Positions 26,735 to 36,304 of a stretch of 39,305 nt of DNA are shown here, piece by piece (positions within the stretch are counted from its first letter, which is position 1; the number at the start of each line of letters is the position of its first letter). The translations under genes and the position numbers were made by a program. Where the stretch lies: positions 1 to 39,305 of IMG/VR virus record IMGVR_UViG_3300022179_000767; one strand, 5' to 3'. The notes under the pieces were generated by a model, which ran no database searches, was not told where the DNA came from, and saw only the letters and a program-made list of their open reading frames with translations. Source of the stretch: a virus. Taxonomy: Duplodnaviria; Caudoviricetes.

Positions 26735-29700
26735 ATGGCTGACGACGCTCCGCAGCAACAAGACGATGGCGGCTTCTGGTCGTCGTTAGGCAAGATGGTC
26801 TCTGAGGCGTATCAGGCGACAAATCCTGAGAACATGTACGCCAATGCGTACAAGCTTTATGAGACCAGCGGCTTCACGCCTGAACAGGCGGCGGAATATG
26901 CGCAGCGTCATCAGGACAGCGTGGCCGCGAAGATGGGCCGCACGCGCATGCTCGCTAACGCGGTTGGTTATTTAACGCCGGCGACTGCGCCTGCAATGCT
27001 GTTGAACGATGCGTACACGGCCGCCGAGTCTGGCGACCCGCGCAAGATTGCTGAGACAGGCGCTTTCTTTGGAGCTCCGCGTGCGATTGGTCAGGCGATT
27101 GATGCCGCTGCGCCGCATGTAAAGCGCGCGTATGAAGGCACGAAGAGCGCGTTTGGGTATGCAGGCGGCGGCGACGTAGACCCTGTTTCTCTTGCGCGTC
27201 GCACGCTGTCTGAGCCGCGTGTGATGCGCGAGAAGCGCAAGGCTGGAGGCACCCAGACGGCTCCTGCCGAACCGCCGACTGCTTACTTTGAGGTTGCGCC
27301 CGGTGAGAAGTGGGATGCTGACCTGAAGCAGCGGTGGGAGGCGCTTCACCCGCAGGCAAAGTCCGCTGTCTCTAATAAAATGATCGGCGAGTTCTTGAGC
27401 CGGTGGCAGCGCCAGACTGGCATCAACGGCGAAGTGCGGCCGGGTCTTGGCGGCTTTGAAGGTTATTCCAATCCGAATTACACGTTCCAGCCTTACGATC
27501 CCAAGCACATCGTGCCGTCGTTGAATGGTCTTGGTGAGCTGTTCCATCAAGACGCGATGATGGGCGCGCATGCGCAGCCGTTTGAGGGCAGTTTCCCAAC
27601 CGGCGTCATTCGTGTTCAGTTGCCAAAGAACTCGTCGCCTGACGAAATCCATGATGTCTACAAGACGTTGCATGCGCAGGGGCTTGCTGAAGGCCACTCG
27701 ACGGATATCGGCAACGGCACGATGGATATCATTGGCGGCGATGGGAAGGGCGAGACGATTAAGCTCGCTAAGGCCATCGATGCTGCTCTTGGCGGCAAGT
27801 ACGACGTAGCGTCTTATCCGACTAACATTGCATTTCCTTCGAAGGGGGAAGCCTATGGCGTATCTGGGACACAGGCCGGCAAATCACCCGGAGCATCCAC
27901 ACAAGAAACCGACCCTCGTCTTCAGGCCGAGTCACTCTCCCGGCTCAAAGAGCTCGTCGAAGAAGCCCACCGCCAAGGCGCAGGGCATGAAGGGGAAGTA
28001 TCCTTCGGGGACACGTTAAGCCCGGGCGAGGAACATCCTGACACGGTGTCTGCGGCGCTTCCTACGACGGTTAAAGAATACAAAGGGCCGCCGCTGCCGG
28101 GGACGACAAGAACTGACATCTCGCCAAGCCTGCATTCGGACGAGAACCGCAAGAAGATTGCGCTGCGCATGTATGAGCAGCATCCTGCGATGTGGTCGCC
28201 GGGCGAAGAAGGCCAGACGCCATCGCCTGCGGAAGCAGAGCGCAGGCTGACAGACTTTCATGTGAAAAATCTTCTTGCTCTGTGGGATCGCACGCCGCCC
28301 GAGCAGCGCAAGACAAGCCGCTTTTGGTATCGCGCGGCGCATGCTCTTGGCAATCAATATGCGGACGAGCACAATCTTGAGCCGCGGGCCGCGCACGGCA
28401 TGATGGCTGTTCTGTCGCCGCAAACGCCTTGGGACAAGAACGTTACTCTCGCCGAGCGTGTGATGGATGCGATGACGCATCATCAAGACACGCCGTGGAC
28501 AAGAGGCATGTCTGAAGTTGCGCGCTCTGGCGGCGACAAAGGCAACGGACTTCCTGAGATTAAAACAACTAAGAATGTTCAGGGCGTGAATTGGTCGGAT
28601 CTCGAAGGAAAATCGCTGCGCGATGTTCTCGCCGAGGAGAACGGCGAAAAGAAAGCTTCGATGTGGATACGCGCCTTTGATGAAGCGCACAATCCGCGCG
28701 AGTATCAAGCCGTAAGCCCGACCGGCGAATTTCTTGGCCCAATGCAGAACAAGACCGGCACGGCCATCGACACCGCGTCTTGGAACAGCTATTTGCCGAT
28801 TGAAAAAGCGGTTAAAATTTATCGTGATCCAAGCCTTGAAAACATCAACAGGCAAATCGGGAACAATCACAAGGTTCGTGAGTTCTATAACGTAATCACG
28901 AACCCGAACGATCCGAACGGCGTTGTGATTGACACGCACGCCGTCGCTGCCGGTCAGATGCTGCCGCATGGTTCGAGCGCAAAGGCTGTTCACCAAAACT
29001 TTGGAACGACGCCGACTTCTCTCGCCAAGGAGCAGCTTGCCCGCAAGGGAGACCCATGGATTGAAGGTCTCGACCCGTCGAAGAAGACGGGCCAGACGGG
29101 CGCGACGGGCGATTATCCATTGCACGCCGAGGCTGTTCGTCAGGCTGCGATGATGCGCGGCGTGCATCCGTCTGAAATGCAGTCTGTGACGTGGGAGGCG
29201 GTTCGCACGCTATTCCGCAACAAGTCGCAGCCAATGCAGCGTGGCGCGCGGGATATTTGGAAGCGGTATGCCACTGGCGAGCTGACACATCCGCAGGCGA
29301 TTGACGCTCTTGTCCAATTGAATGGCGGCTTCAACCGTCCTGTCTGGGGCGAGCAGGCGGGCCAAGGGCTTGGTCAGGCGAGGACGGGATCATATCAGCG
29401 CCCGACCGACGTGACGCCTGATACCGCTGCTCTTCCGCGCATGCGCGCGACGCAAGACGACGATGAATTTGCAGAAGGCGGAACAGTCCAAAAAAAAAAT
29501 TCTTCGCTCCGCGCCCCTGAGTTATGGCCGTCAGCGCAGCGAATAAAAGCAGGAGAAGGCTCTCGCGAAGAGCACGCCGATTTGGTGAACCGCCTAAAGC
29601 CTGTTCGCCCGTATGCGGAGCCTGTTCCTCCTGCGACGGACGCCGAGGTTTACGATGCTTTGGACAAAGGCAAAAAGCCAAATGCTTTTGTCCCGCGTCA

Positions 29701-30778
29701 GCTTAAAGACGGGACGCCTGTAGCTCTTCGCTTAGACATCCCTGCCTATGAAGACAAAAACACATGGGTTGTGGCGGTCCACCACCCTAAACCTAATTTC
29801 ACGGCCGGCGACGTTATTGGTTACGACAGCGTCGCGCATATCGATAACCCCAAGTTTGGGGTTCATCCCGTGGGCGCGTTGAATATTGCTTCTGGAAAGC
29901 CAAAATCTACAATTGCCACCGTTCATGGAAACTGGAGAAGCACCAATCCAGAATATGCTTATGAGATGGCGAAGCAGTATCACAATGACCCTGAATGGCG
30001 TCAGGTTGGAATGGACCCAGAGCGCCATTCCTATTTCTATGATCGCGAGACGCAACAGCCTGTAATTTCTGCCGACGAGGCATTGCATATTGGCCCGCTC
30101 GTCTATGCGAAGAACCCAGTTTACGACGACCCTGAGAAATATAAGTTTGCTGACGGCGGAGAGGTTGATCGGTTTATTCCGCGTGAAGATCCGCGGTATC
30201 AACGCAATCTTTCTAAGTTTCATGGCAAGACGCCAAAGGAAATTAAAGAGGCACGCTGGTATCATGGAACTCAAAGAGATTTCCAAACATTTCGTCCAAA
30301 TTCAGAAGGAATTATTTTCTTAACGAGAAACCCCAAGTTTGCTGATGATTATAATTTTAAAGGCGGCATTGGTCAGGATTTCGATGAAAAAAACAAAGTT
30401 TGGCTTCCGCGAGAAGGGTCAGACATACAGCCAAATACAATGCCTGTTCATGTCCGAGCCGAAAAACCGTTTGACTACGAGAACCCACGTCATTTGAACA
30501 AACTTGTTCAGGAGCTAGGCCCGGATCTTATTATGGACCCGTATCTGCACACTTTCGTAGACGAGGTACGTCAAGGACATTGGGGCGCTATTGAAAGCCC
30601 GCCTATTCAAAGTGCTATTAAAGCGATGGGACATGACTCATTCTTCGTTAAAGAAAACGGAGAAAAAAATCTTGGCGTCTACGACCCGTCGCAAATAAAG
30701 TCCGCTACCGGCAACAACGGAAACTTTGACCGCGCCGAGGATGACATCACCAAGGAGCGTGGAGGCACTGTTGACTGA
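26735..30778 (+). CDS. Large polyvalent (multidomain) protein with C-terminal ADP-ribosyltransferase-like domain
   Basis: C-terminal WYHGT...IFLT.NP.FA..Y...GHDS...DPSQIKSATGNNGNFD; central WY....AVLSPQ..W..N...KV..FY...IDTHA...MQ.VTW domain. Confidence 0.78.
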   Translation: MADDAPQQQDDGGFWSSLGKMVSEAYQATNPENMYANAYKLYETSGFTPEQAAEYAQRHQDSVAAKMGRTRMLANAVGYLTPATAPAMLLNDAYTAAESGDPRKIAETGAFFGAPRAIGQAIDAAAPHVKRAYEGTKSAFGYAGGGDVDPVSLARRTLSEPRVMREKRKAGGTQTAPAEPPTAYFEVAPGEKWDADLKQRWEALHPQAKSAVSNKMIGEFLSRWQRQTGINGEVRPGLGGFEGYSNPNYTFQPYDPKHIVPSLNGLGELFHQDAMMGAHAQPFEGSFPTGVIRVQLPKNSSPDEIHDVYKTLHAQGLAEGHSTDIGNGTMDIIGGDGKGETIKLAKAIDAALGGKYDVASYPTNIAFPSKGEAYGVSGTQAGKSPGASTQETDPRLQAESLSRLKELVEEAHRQGAGHEGEVSFGDTLSPGEEHPDTVSAALPTTVKEYKGPPLPGTTRTDISPSLHSDENRKKIALRMYEQHPAMWSPGEEGQTPSPAEAERRLTDFHVKNLLALWDRTPPEQRKTSRFWYRAAHALGNQYADEHNLEPRAAHGMMAVLSPQTPWDKNVTLAERVMDAMTHHQDTPWTRGMSEVARSGGDKGNGLPEIKTTKNVQGVNWSDLEGKSLRDVLAEENGEKKASMWIRAFDEAHNPREYQAVSPTGEFLGPMQNKTGTAIDTASWNSYLPIEKAVKIYRDPSLENINRQIGNNHKVREFYNVITNPNDPNGVVIDTHAVAAGQMLPHGSSAKAVHQNFGTTPTSLAKEQLARKGDPWIEGLDPSKKTGQTGATGDYPLHAEAVRQAAMMRGVHPSEMQSVTWEAVRTLFRNKSQPMQRGARDIWKRYATGELTHPQAIDALVQLNGGFNRPVWGEQAGQGLGQARTGSYQRPTDVTPDTAALPRMRATQDDDEFAEGGTVQKKNSSLRAPELWPSAQRIKAGEGSREEHADLVNRLKPVRPYAEPVPPATDAEVYDALDKGKKPNAFVPRQLKDGTPVALRLDIPAYEDKNTWVVAVHHPKPNFTAGDVIGYDSVAHIDNPKFGVHPVGALNIASGKPKSTIATVHGNWRSTNPEYAYEMAKQYHNDPEWRQVGMDPERHSYFYDRETQQPVISADEALHIGPLVYAKNPVYDDPEKYKFADGGEVDRFIPREDPRYQRNLSKFHGKTPKEIKEARWYHGTQRDFQTFRPNSEGIIFLTRNPKFADDYNFKGGIGQDFDEKNKVWLPREGSDIQPNTMPVHVRAEKPFDYENPRHLNKLVQELGPDLIMDPYLHTFVDEVRQGHWGAIESPPIQSAIKAMGHDSFFVKENGEKNLGVYDPSQIKSATGNNGNFDRAEDDITKERGGTVD

Positions 30779-30874
30779 GCCTGTTTCATGCTACCATTCG
30801 CGAATGCTTGAAGCCGCCCAAGCCCCCTCTAAGAGCGGCCCCGGGGACGCCCGGAAACCTAGCTAGGAGTAAGC

Positions 30875-32260
30875 ATGTCTGAGATGGCGAAAGAGGCCCG
30901 CGCGGCCATGAAGAGCAAGGCCAAGCGCCTTGGCACGACCGACCCTCACCAGAAGGTGGACGCGTCCTCGTGGACGCCGCCGGAGCCCCTAAACGCCGAC
31001 ATCAAGACAGGGCTTCGTCCTCTGTCCCGCCGGGCGTTCAAGAAGGGCGGCAAAGTCATGGGCGAGCATGGCGTCGCCCACGCCGGTCGCAAGCCCCGCA
31101 AGAGCGGCGGCCTTACCATTTCTCCCGCCGAGTACGCTAAGGCGAAGATCAACCGCAACGTGAAAGACGCGAACGAAGAGCGTCCCGGCAAGAAGCACGT
31201 CGGCGGCATGAACCGCGGCGGCGAAGCCCCTCAGGGTTCTCCTCCTCCGCGCACCGCGTGGGAGCGCGTGAAGGACAAGCTCGGTATCGGCGCTAAGAGC
31301 ACGCACACGGGCGACAGCGGTCATCCCGGTTACTCGAAAGAGGACCGCGACGCTATGCAGGAGAAGGCTGAAGAAGCCGCTAACATGAAAAAGGGCGGTC
31401 GCGCCAAGAAGAAAAATGGCGGCGATTTTGACGTTCAATCCATGCTGGGCCTTCGTCCGCTGTCAGAAACCAAACCATTTGTTAAGCAACTTGCTGACAA
31501 AATGAACAAAGGCGGCCGCGCGAAGAAAATGGGCGGCGGCATGATGATGGACCCCCGCATGGGGATTGTGCAGCCTAAGCGCATGACGTTTGGCAATGCT
31601 CTCGTCACGCCGGGCCAGAAGCGCGGCGGCAAGATTGAAGAGCATCCTGATGAGGCCATGGACAAGGCGCTCATTAAGAAAATGGTGAAGAAAGAGGCCC
31701 GCACCGGAAAGGCCAGCGGCGGCACGAAGCTTGATGGCGAAATCCAAGGCACGCGCCCGACTGGCGGCCGTCTTGCTCGTCGCGATGGCGGCGTCGCTAA
31801 AAAAAAGAAGGGTCAGACGAACATCAACATTGTGATTGCGGCCGGTAAAGAGCCGGGTGGTGAGCAGCGTCGCATGTCTGCGCCTGTTCCTCCGCCGCCG
31901 GGCGCGATGCCTCCGCCGAATATGCCGCCGGCTCCTCCGCCGGGTGGCGCTCCTCCCATGCCCCCTATGCCTCCCATGGGCGCGGGTCCGGGCATGCCAC
32001 CGGGAATGCCTCCCATGCCGCGTAAGGCTGGCGGCCGCATCACCAAGAAGGCGCATTCCTATAAGGACATGCAGGCCGGCGCGGGATCGGGCGAGGGGCG
32101 GTTGCAGAAGTCTGAGATTGCTGCGTACCAGCGCGAAGGCCGCAAGCACGGCGGCAAAGCGTATCACTCCTTTAAGGATTTGACCGCTGGCGCTGGCTCT
32201 GGCGAGGGCCGTCTGCAAAAGACTGACATCGCTGCTTATAAGAGGTCTGCCAAGAACTGA
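30875..32260 (+). CDS. Basic, repetitive Lys/Gly/Pro-rich virion protein
   Basis: Many K.GG(K/R) motifs, a poly-Pro tract, duplicated AGAGSGEGRLQK; aggag RBS. Confidence 0.75.
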   Translation: MSEMAKEARAAMKSKAKRLGTTDPHQKVDASSWTPPEPLNADIKTGLRPLSRRAFKKGGKVMGEHGVAHAGRKPRKSGGLTISPAEYAKAKINRNVKDANEERPGKKHVGGMNRGGEAPQGSPPPRTAWERVKDKLGIGAKSTHTGDSGHPGYSKEDRDAMQEKAEEAANMKKGGRAKKKNGGDFDVQSMLGLRPLSETKPFVKQLADKMNKGGRAKKMGGGMMMDPRMGIVQPKRMTFGNALVTPGQKRGGKIEEHPDEAMDKALIKKMVKKEARTGKASGGTKLDGEIQGTRPTGGRLARRDGGVAKKKKGQTNINIVIAAGKEPGGEQRRMSAPVPPPPGAMPPPNMPPAPPPGGAPPMPPMPPMGAGPGMPPGMPPMPRKAGGRITKKAHSYKDMQAGAGSGEGRLQKSEIAAYQREGRKHGGKAYHSFKDLTAGAGSGEGRLQKTDIAAYKRSAKN

Positions 32261-32352
32261 ACGGCTTCTTGGCAAACAATGGGACGGAGCTAGACCCCTC
32301 ATCCGGCTCCGTCCCAACCTTACATGGATGGGGGCTCCAGAGGGGTGGAGAA

Positions 32353-32559
32353 ATGCTAACGCGACAAGCCTTTTACGAGGCGGAGCTTAGAAAGCTCTTG
32401 CAGGCTGAGATAGATCGCCTGTTGGAAATATTAGGGAATGGCCACGGCACCCCTGATTATTCCGAATATCGTCACCAAATAGGAAAAATAGCAGGTCTGC
32501 GCACCGCCATTGAATTGATGGCGGAGGCTGACGCCATTGTGAGTAAGTCGCACGGCTAA
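32353..32559 (+). CDS. Small conserved phage head-region protein
   Basis: DYSEYRHQIGKIAGL pattern; ggag RBS; precedes the GroES-like gene. Confidence 0.7.
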   Translation: MLTRQAFYEAELRKLLQAEIDRLLEILGNGHGTPDYSEYRHQIGKIAGLRTAIELMAEADAIVSKSHG

Positions 32560-32573
32560 CAAGTGAGGGAAAC

Positions 32574-32966
32574 ATGCCGTACATGAGGATGGAACACGAG
32601 GTCGATCCCAAGGAAAAAATCCTACAGGAGATCGGTGATCTTTCGTCGATTGAGATCTTCAACAACCAGCTCTTAGTCGCAGTTTACCTGCGGCCGGAAA
32701 AGACAAAGAGCGGTTTTTATTTGCCTGATCAGAACCGCGATGAGGATAGGTATCAGTCCAAAGTTGGACTGCTTGTGAAAGCTGGTCCATCTGCGTTTCA
32801 AGATGATACGGGCGCATGGTTTAAAGATCTAAAGATCAATCTCCATGATTGGCTTGTTGTCCGTCCTTCCGATAGTTGGAGCATCACGATCCATGGTGTT
32901 CTTTGCCGCATCGTTGAAGACTCGTTCATCAAAGGTCGCGTACAGCATCCAGATGAAGCGTGGTGA
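32574..32966 (+). CDS. groES: GroES/Cpn10-like co-chaperonin
   Basis: LLV....PEKTKSGFYLPD...VG.LVKAGP.A...DW.V...RIVED..I.G.V. Confidence 0.85.
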   Translation: MPYMRMEHEVDPKEKILQEIGDLSSIEIFNNQLLVAVYLRPEKTKSGFYLPDQNRDEDRYQSKVGLLVKAGPSAFQDDTGAWFKDLKINLHDWLVVRPSDSWSITIHGVLCRIVEDSFIKGRVQHPDEAW

Positions 32967-32977
32967 GGAGAAAAGAC

Positions 32978-33886
32978 ATGGCTGAAGAAAATAAACAGAT
33001 GGAAATCGAATTGGATGGCGCAAAACCCGCTGAAGAAGCAGAAGTCGTCGTCCAAGAAGCTACTGAAAAACAAGAAGAAAACTCAGTAAGCGACACAGAT
33101 GCGGCGATTGCTGAATTGCGTCGGCGTCTTGAGGAGGAAAGTAAGGCCCGTTATCAGGCTGAATTGCGTGCGCATGAAGCCGCGCAGCATGTTAGCCGTG
33201 CATATAACGAGGTCGAAGACACCCAGATGCACCTCGTTAATAGCGCCATTGATACTGTGAAGCGCGATAACGACGTGATGAAGGCGAACTATCGCGACGC
33301 TATGGCGATGGGCGACTACGACCGTGCCGCGGAAATCCAAGAGGCAATGTCTCTCAATTCCGCAAAGCTTCTTCAACTCGAAAATGGCCGCCAGCGCATG
33401 CAGGAGGCGGGTAGGACGGAGTACAAGGCTCCTCCTCCGCCCCGTCCCGCCTATGCTGACCCCATCGAGCAGATTAAAGCTGCGGTTTCTCCGCGCTCCG
33501 CTGGCTGGTTGGATCGCAATCGCGGGTATCTTGGTGATGAGCGCAAGATCCAGCGCATGTTCCGGGCCCACGAAGACGCCGTTGATGAGGGTTTGGAGCC
33601 GGACTCGGACGCTTATTTCAAGTTTGTTGAGGGTAGGCTTGGAATTCGCGAGCAATCTGAGCCTGAGAACGAAAGCCCGCTGTCTTCTGCGTCGTCTTCG
33701 ACCTCAAGACGCTCTGCTCCGCCTGCCGCTCCGGTCTCTCGCAGCGGCACCGGCACCGGATCTCGCCCAAATGTGGTCCGTTTGACCGCAGAAGAGCGCG
33801 AAATGGCCGAAATGATGGGTATGACCGATCAGGAATACGCGAAAAACAAGGTCATGCTGCAAAAAGAAGGCAAATTGAAGCACTGA
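32978..33886 (+). CDS. Putative capsid scaffolding protein
   Basis: Acidic coiled coil; C-terminal VRLT.EE.EMA..MGMT..EYAK. Confidence 0.75.
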   Translation: MAEENKQMEIELDGAKPAEEAEVVVQEATEKQEENSVSDTDAAIAELRRRLEEESKARYQAELRAHEAAQHVSRAYNEVEDTQMHLVNSAIDTVKRDNDVMKANYRDAMAMGDYDRAAEIQEAMSLNSAKLLQLENGRQRMQEAGRTEYKAPPPPRPAYADPIEQIKAAVSPRSAGWLDRNRGYLGDERKIQRMFRAHEDAVDEGLEPDSDAYFKFVEGRLGIREQSEPENESPLSSASSSTSRRSAPPAAPVSRSGTGTGSRPNVVRLTAEEREMAEMMGMTDQEYAKNKVMLQKEGKLKH

Positions 33887-33896
33887 GGAGGTTTAT

Positions 33897-34478
33897 ATGA
33901 CCATGAATGCCGCACCGCGCCGTCGTGGCGCTCCGCCTGCCGGGTTCACCGCCTCTTCTGAGGTTTCTAATGCACCCGAAACGTCCGCTCGCGCTCCCCT
34001 TAGGGGCGAAATGCGGGAAGAAGACCCCCGCGAACGCGCTCGCAAGCGCGCAGCGGAAGTTCGCGACCATATTGGCACGATGGATGAGGGAGTTGATGAA
34101 TTCTCCCTGCCGACAGCGCCTGATGGATGGACGTATGAGTGGAAGCGCAAGACCGTTCTTGGCGCTGAAGACCCTGCGTATCAGGTTCACCTGAAGCGCG
34201 TTGGTTGGGAGGAGGTTCCAACCAAGCGGCATCCCGAAATGATGCCCGGCAAGAACGCAAATGAGTTCATTGAGCGCAAAGGCATGGTCCTTATGGAGCG
34301 CCCGACCGAGCTTGTTGAAGAAGCACGATCAATCGAGCTTCGCCGCGCTAGGGCGCAAGTGCGTTCTAAGGAAGAGCAGCTCACGCATGCGCCTGATGGT
34401 CAGTTTGGCCGCGATCACGCGCAAGCGAAGCCAAAGATCAAAAAGAGCTACGAGGCGATGCCAATTCCTGAAGATTGA
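33897..34478 (+). CDS. Conserved head-region hypothetical protein
   Basis: P.APDGW.Y.WKR...GWEEV...IERKGMVLMERP; gaggagg RBS. Confidence 0.75.
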   Translation: MTMNAAPRRRGAPPAGFTASSEVSNAPETSARAPLRGEMREEDPRERARKRAAEVRDHIGTMDEGVDEFSLPTAPDGWTYEWKRKTVLGAEDPAYQVHLKRVGWEEVPTKRHPEMMPGKNANEFIERKGMVLMERPTELVEEARSIELRRARAQVRSKEEQLTHAPDGQFGRDHAQAKPKIKKSYEAMPIPED

Positions 34479-34516
34479 GGCCCAAATGAGGGCAGGCGTC
34501 GGCGTATGCCGGCGGG

Positions 34517-34551
34517 AGAGGGGCTTGGGGAACTGGGCCCCTCTTTACTTT
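34517..34551 (+). terminator. Intrinsic terminator
   Basis: agaggggctt...gggcccctct stem followed by a T-rich tail. Confidence 0.6.
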
Positions 34552-34683
34552 CAAGGTGTTTCATGTGAAACTATTGATTAGGCATAGCCTAACGCTTCCC
34601 CCGGCGTGGAAGCACAAACTTGTTCCCCGTTCCTAGTCGCCCCGGTGTGCGATGATGGGACTTCCTGAAAAGGAGGCACCGTC

Positions 34684-35271
34684 ATGGCGAATACCAATGC
34701 GCCTTTCGGTTTTTCTCAGTACAGCGGCAACGGCTCTGCCCCGACGTATGAGCAGGTCGCTGTTCAGATCGCTTACAACGCTTCGGCCATTTATTATGGC
34801 GACCCTGTGGAGCCCGACGCTAACGGTCAGGTCATCCGCAGCGACGGCACCATTGCCGCCGCCGGCATCGCGGGCGTCTTCGTCGGCTGTCAGTACCTCT
34901 CGGTTTCGCAGAAGCGCACCGTGTGGTCGAACTACTGGCCCGGCTCAGATGTCGCCTCGTCCCAGACGGTCATTGGCTACATCATCAACGACCCGAATGC
35001 TAAGTTCGTCGTGCAGACTGGCTCGACTGGCGCTACGCAGTCCACCGTCAATTTGAACATTGGCTTCGACATTGGCTCCGGCAACACCGCCAACGGCCTG
35101 TCGGGTGCGTTCGCTGACGTTACGACCGCCGCCGTGACGACCACCCTTCCCTTCCGCGTTGTGGGCCTCGTTGTCGATCCTCCGGGTTCGGCTGGCACTG
35201 AGGCTGGTGCGTACAACCGCATCATTGTGGCGTTCAACAACGTCACGACCAAGAACGCCACTGGCATCTAA
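34684..35271 (+). CDS. Capsid-associated (decoration/minor head) protein
   Basis: MAN.NAPFG... beta-rich protein directly upstream of the major capsid gene; strong codon bias and aggagg RBS. Confidence 0.7.
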   Translation: MANTNAPFGFSQYSGNGSAPTYEQVAVQIAYNASAIYYGDPVEPDANGQVIRSDGTIAAAGIAGVFVGCQYLSVSQKRTVWSNYWPGSDVASSQTVIGYIINDPNAKFVVQTGSTGATQSTVNLNIGFDIGSGNTANGLSGAFADVTTAAVTTTLPFRVVGLVVDPPGSAGTEAGAYNRIIVAFNNVTTKNATGI

Positions 35272-35285
35272 AGGAGTAAGGACCA

Positions 35286-36191
35286 ATGGCTGTCAATCTT
35301 TCGGCTATTAAAGACCTTCTCCTCCCCGGCCTCCGCGGAATTGAAGGCAAGTACGAGCAGATCCCGTCTCAGTACGACAAGATCTTCACGAAGCACGACT
35401 CGAAGATGGCTCTCGAGCGTACCGCTGAAATGCGGTATCTCGGCCTCGCTCAGTTGAAGACTGAGGGTGGTCAGACCGCCTTCGACAACAACGCTGGCGA
35501 GCGTTATGTGTACAATCAGGAGCACACTGAGCTGGCTCTTGGTTATGCCATCACGCGCAAAGCCATCGATGACAACCTCTACAAGACCCAGTTCCATCCG
35601 TCGAACCTCGGCCTGATTGAGAGCTTCAATCAGACCAAGGAAATCTACGGCGCGAACGTCCTGAACACGTCAACGACGTATAACGCGTCGATTGGCGGCG
35701 ACGGCGTGGCTCTGGTTTCCGCGTCCCATCCGATTGATGGCGGCACGATTTCCAACTATGCCACGAACGATCTGAACGAGAGCACCCTGCTCAACGCGAT
35801 GATCGCCGTTCGTACCAACTTCAAGGATCAGGCTGGCCTGAAGGTGTTTGCGCGCGCTCGCAAGCTCATCGTCCCGCCGGCTCTTGAGCCTGTCGCGATC
35901 CGTCTTCTCAAGACGGAACTGCGTCCGGGCACCGCAGACAACGACGTGAACGCAATTCAGAGCACCGCGGGTGGTCTGTCCGAGAGCTACATGGTCTCGG
36001 ATTACCTCACGTCTACCTCTGCGTGGTTCCTGCTCACGAACATCGATGGTCTCTCCTACATGGAGCGCATCAAGTTCGAAACCGATATGCAGGTCGACTT
36101 CGTGACCGATAACCTTCTGGTTAAGGGCTACGAGCGTTACTCGTTCGGCTACTACAACTGGCGTTCGATCTACGGCTCGATCCCGTCGTAA
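35286..36191 (+). CDS. Major capsid protein
   Basis: 301 aa; LLPGL, K.EG, ALGYAIT, GGDGVAL.SASHP, KLIVPPAL, GTADND.N, ERYSFG...WR..YGS; followed by a terminator. Confidence 0.92.
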   Translation: MAVNLSAIKDLLLPGLRGIEGKYEQIPSQYDKIFTKHDSKMALERTAEMRYLGLAQLKTEGGQTAFDNNAGERYVYNQEHTELALGYAITRKAIDDNLYKTQFHPSNLGLIESFNQTKEIYGANVLNTSTTYNASIGGDGVALVSASHPIDGGTISNYATNDLNESTLLNAMIAVRTNFKDQAGLKVFARARKLIVPPALEPVAIRLLKTELRPGTADNDVNAIQSTAGGLSESYMVSDYLTSTSAWFLLTNIDGLSYMERIKFETDMQVDFVTDNLLVKGYERYSFGYYNWRSIYGSIPS

Positions 36192-36198
36192 GGCTGAC

Positions 36199-36227
36199 AG
36201 GGCGGGGGCTGCGGCTCCCGCCTTTTA
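36199..36227 (+). terminator. Intrinsic terminator after the capsid gene
   Basis: ggcgggggc-tgcg-gctcccgcc followed by tttt. Confidence 0.8.
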
Positions 36228-36304
36228 TCTAGGCTAACTGATCTTGTAGACCGGCCTAGCGGACGCTGCACAGACTACAAGATCGCATCGTGCAGGAGGG
36301 CCCT

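Noticed and set aside
28805-28834. Self-target for unit 3 (KAVKI in the polyvalent protein)
   Set aside because: Only the first 5 of 10 dinucleotides match, which is compatible with chance; I saw no full self-target by eye, though the search was not exhaustive
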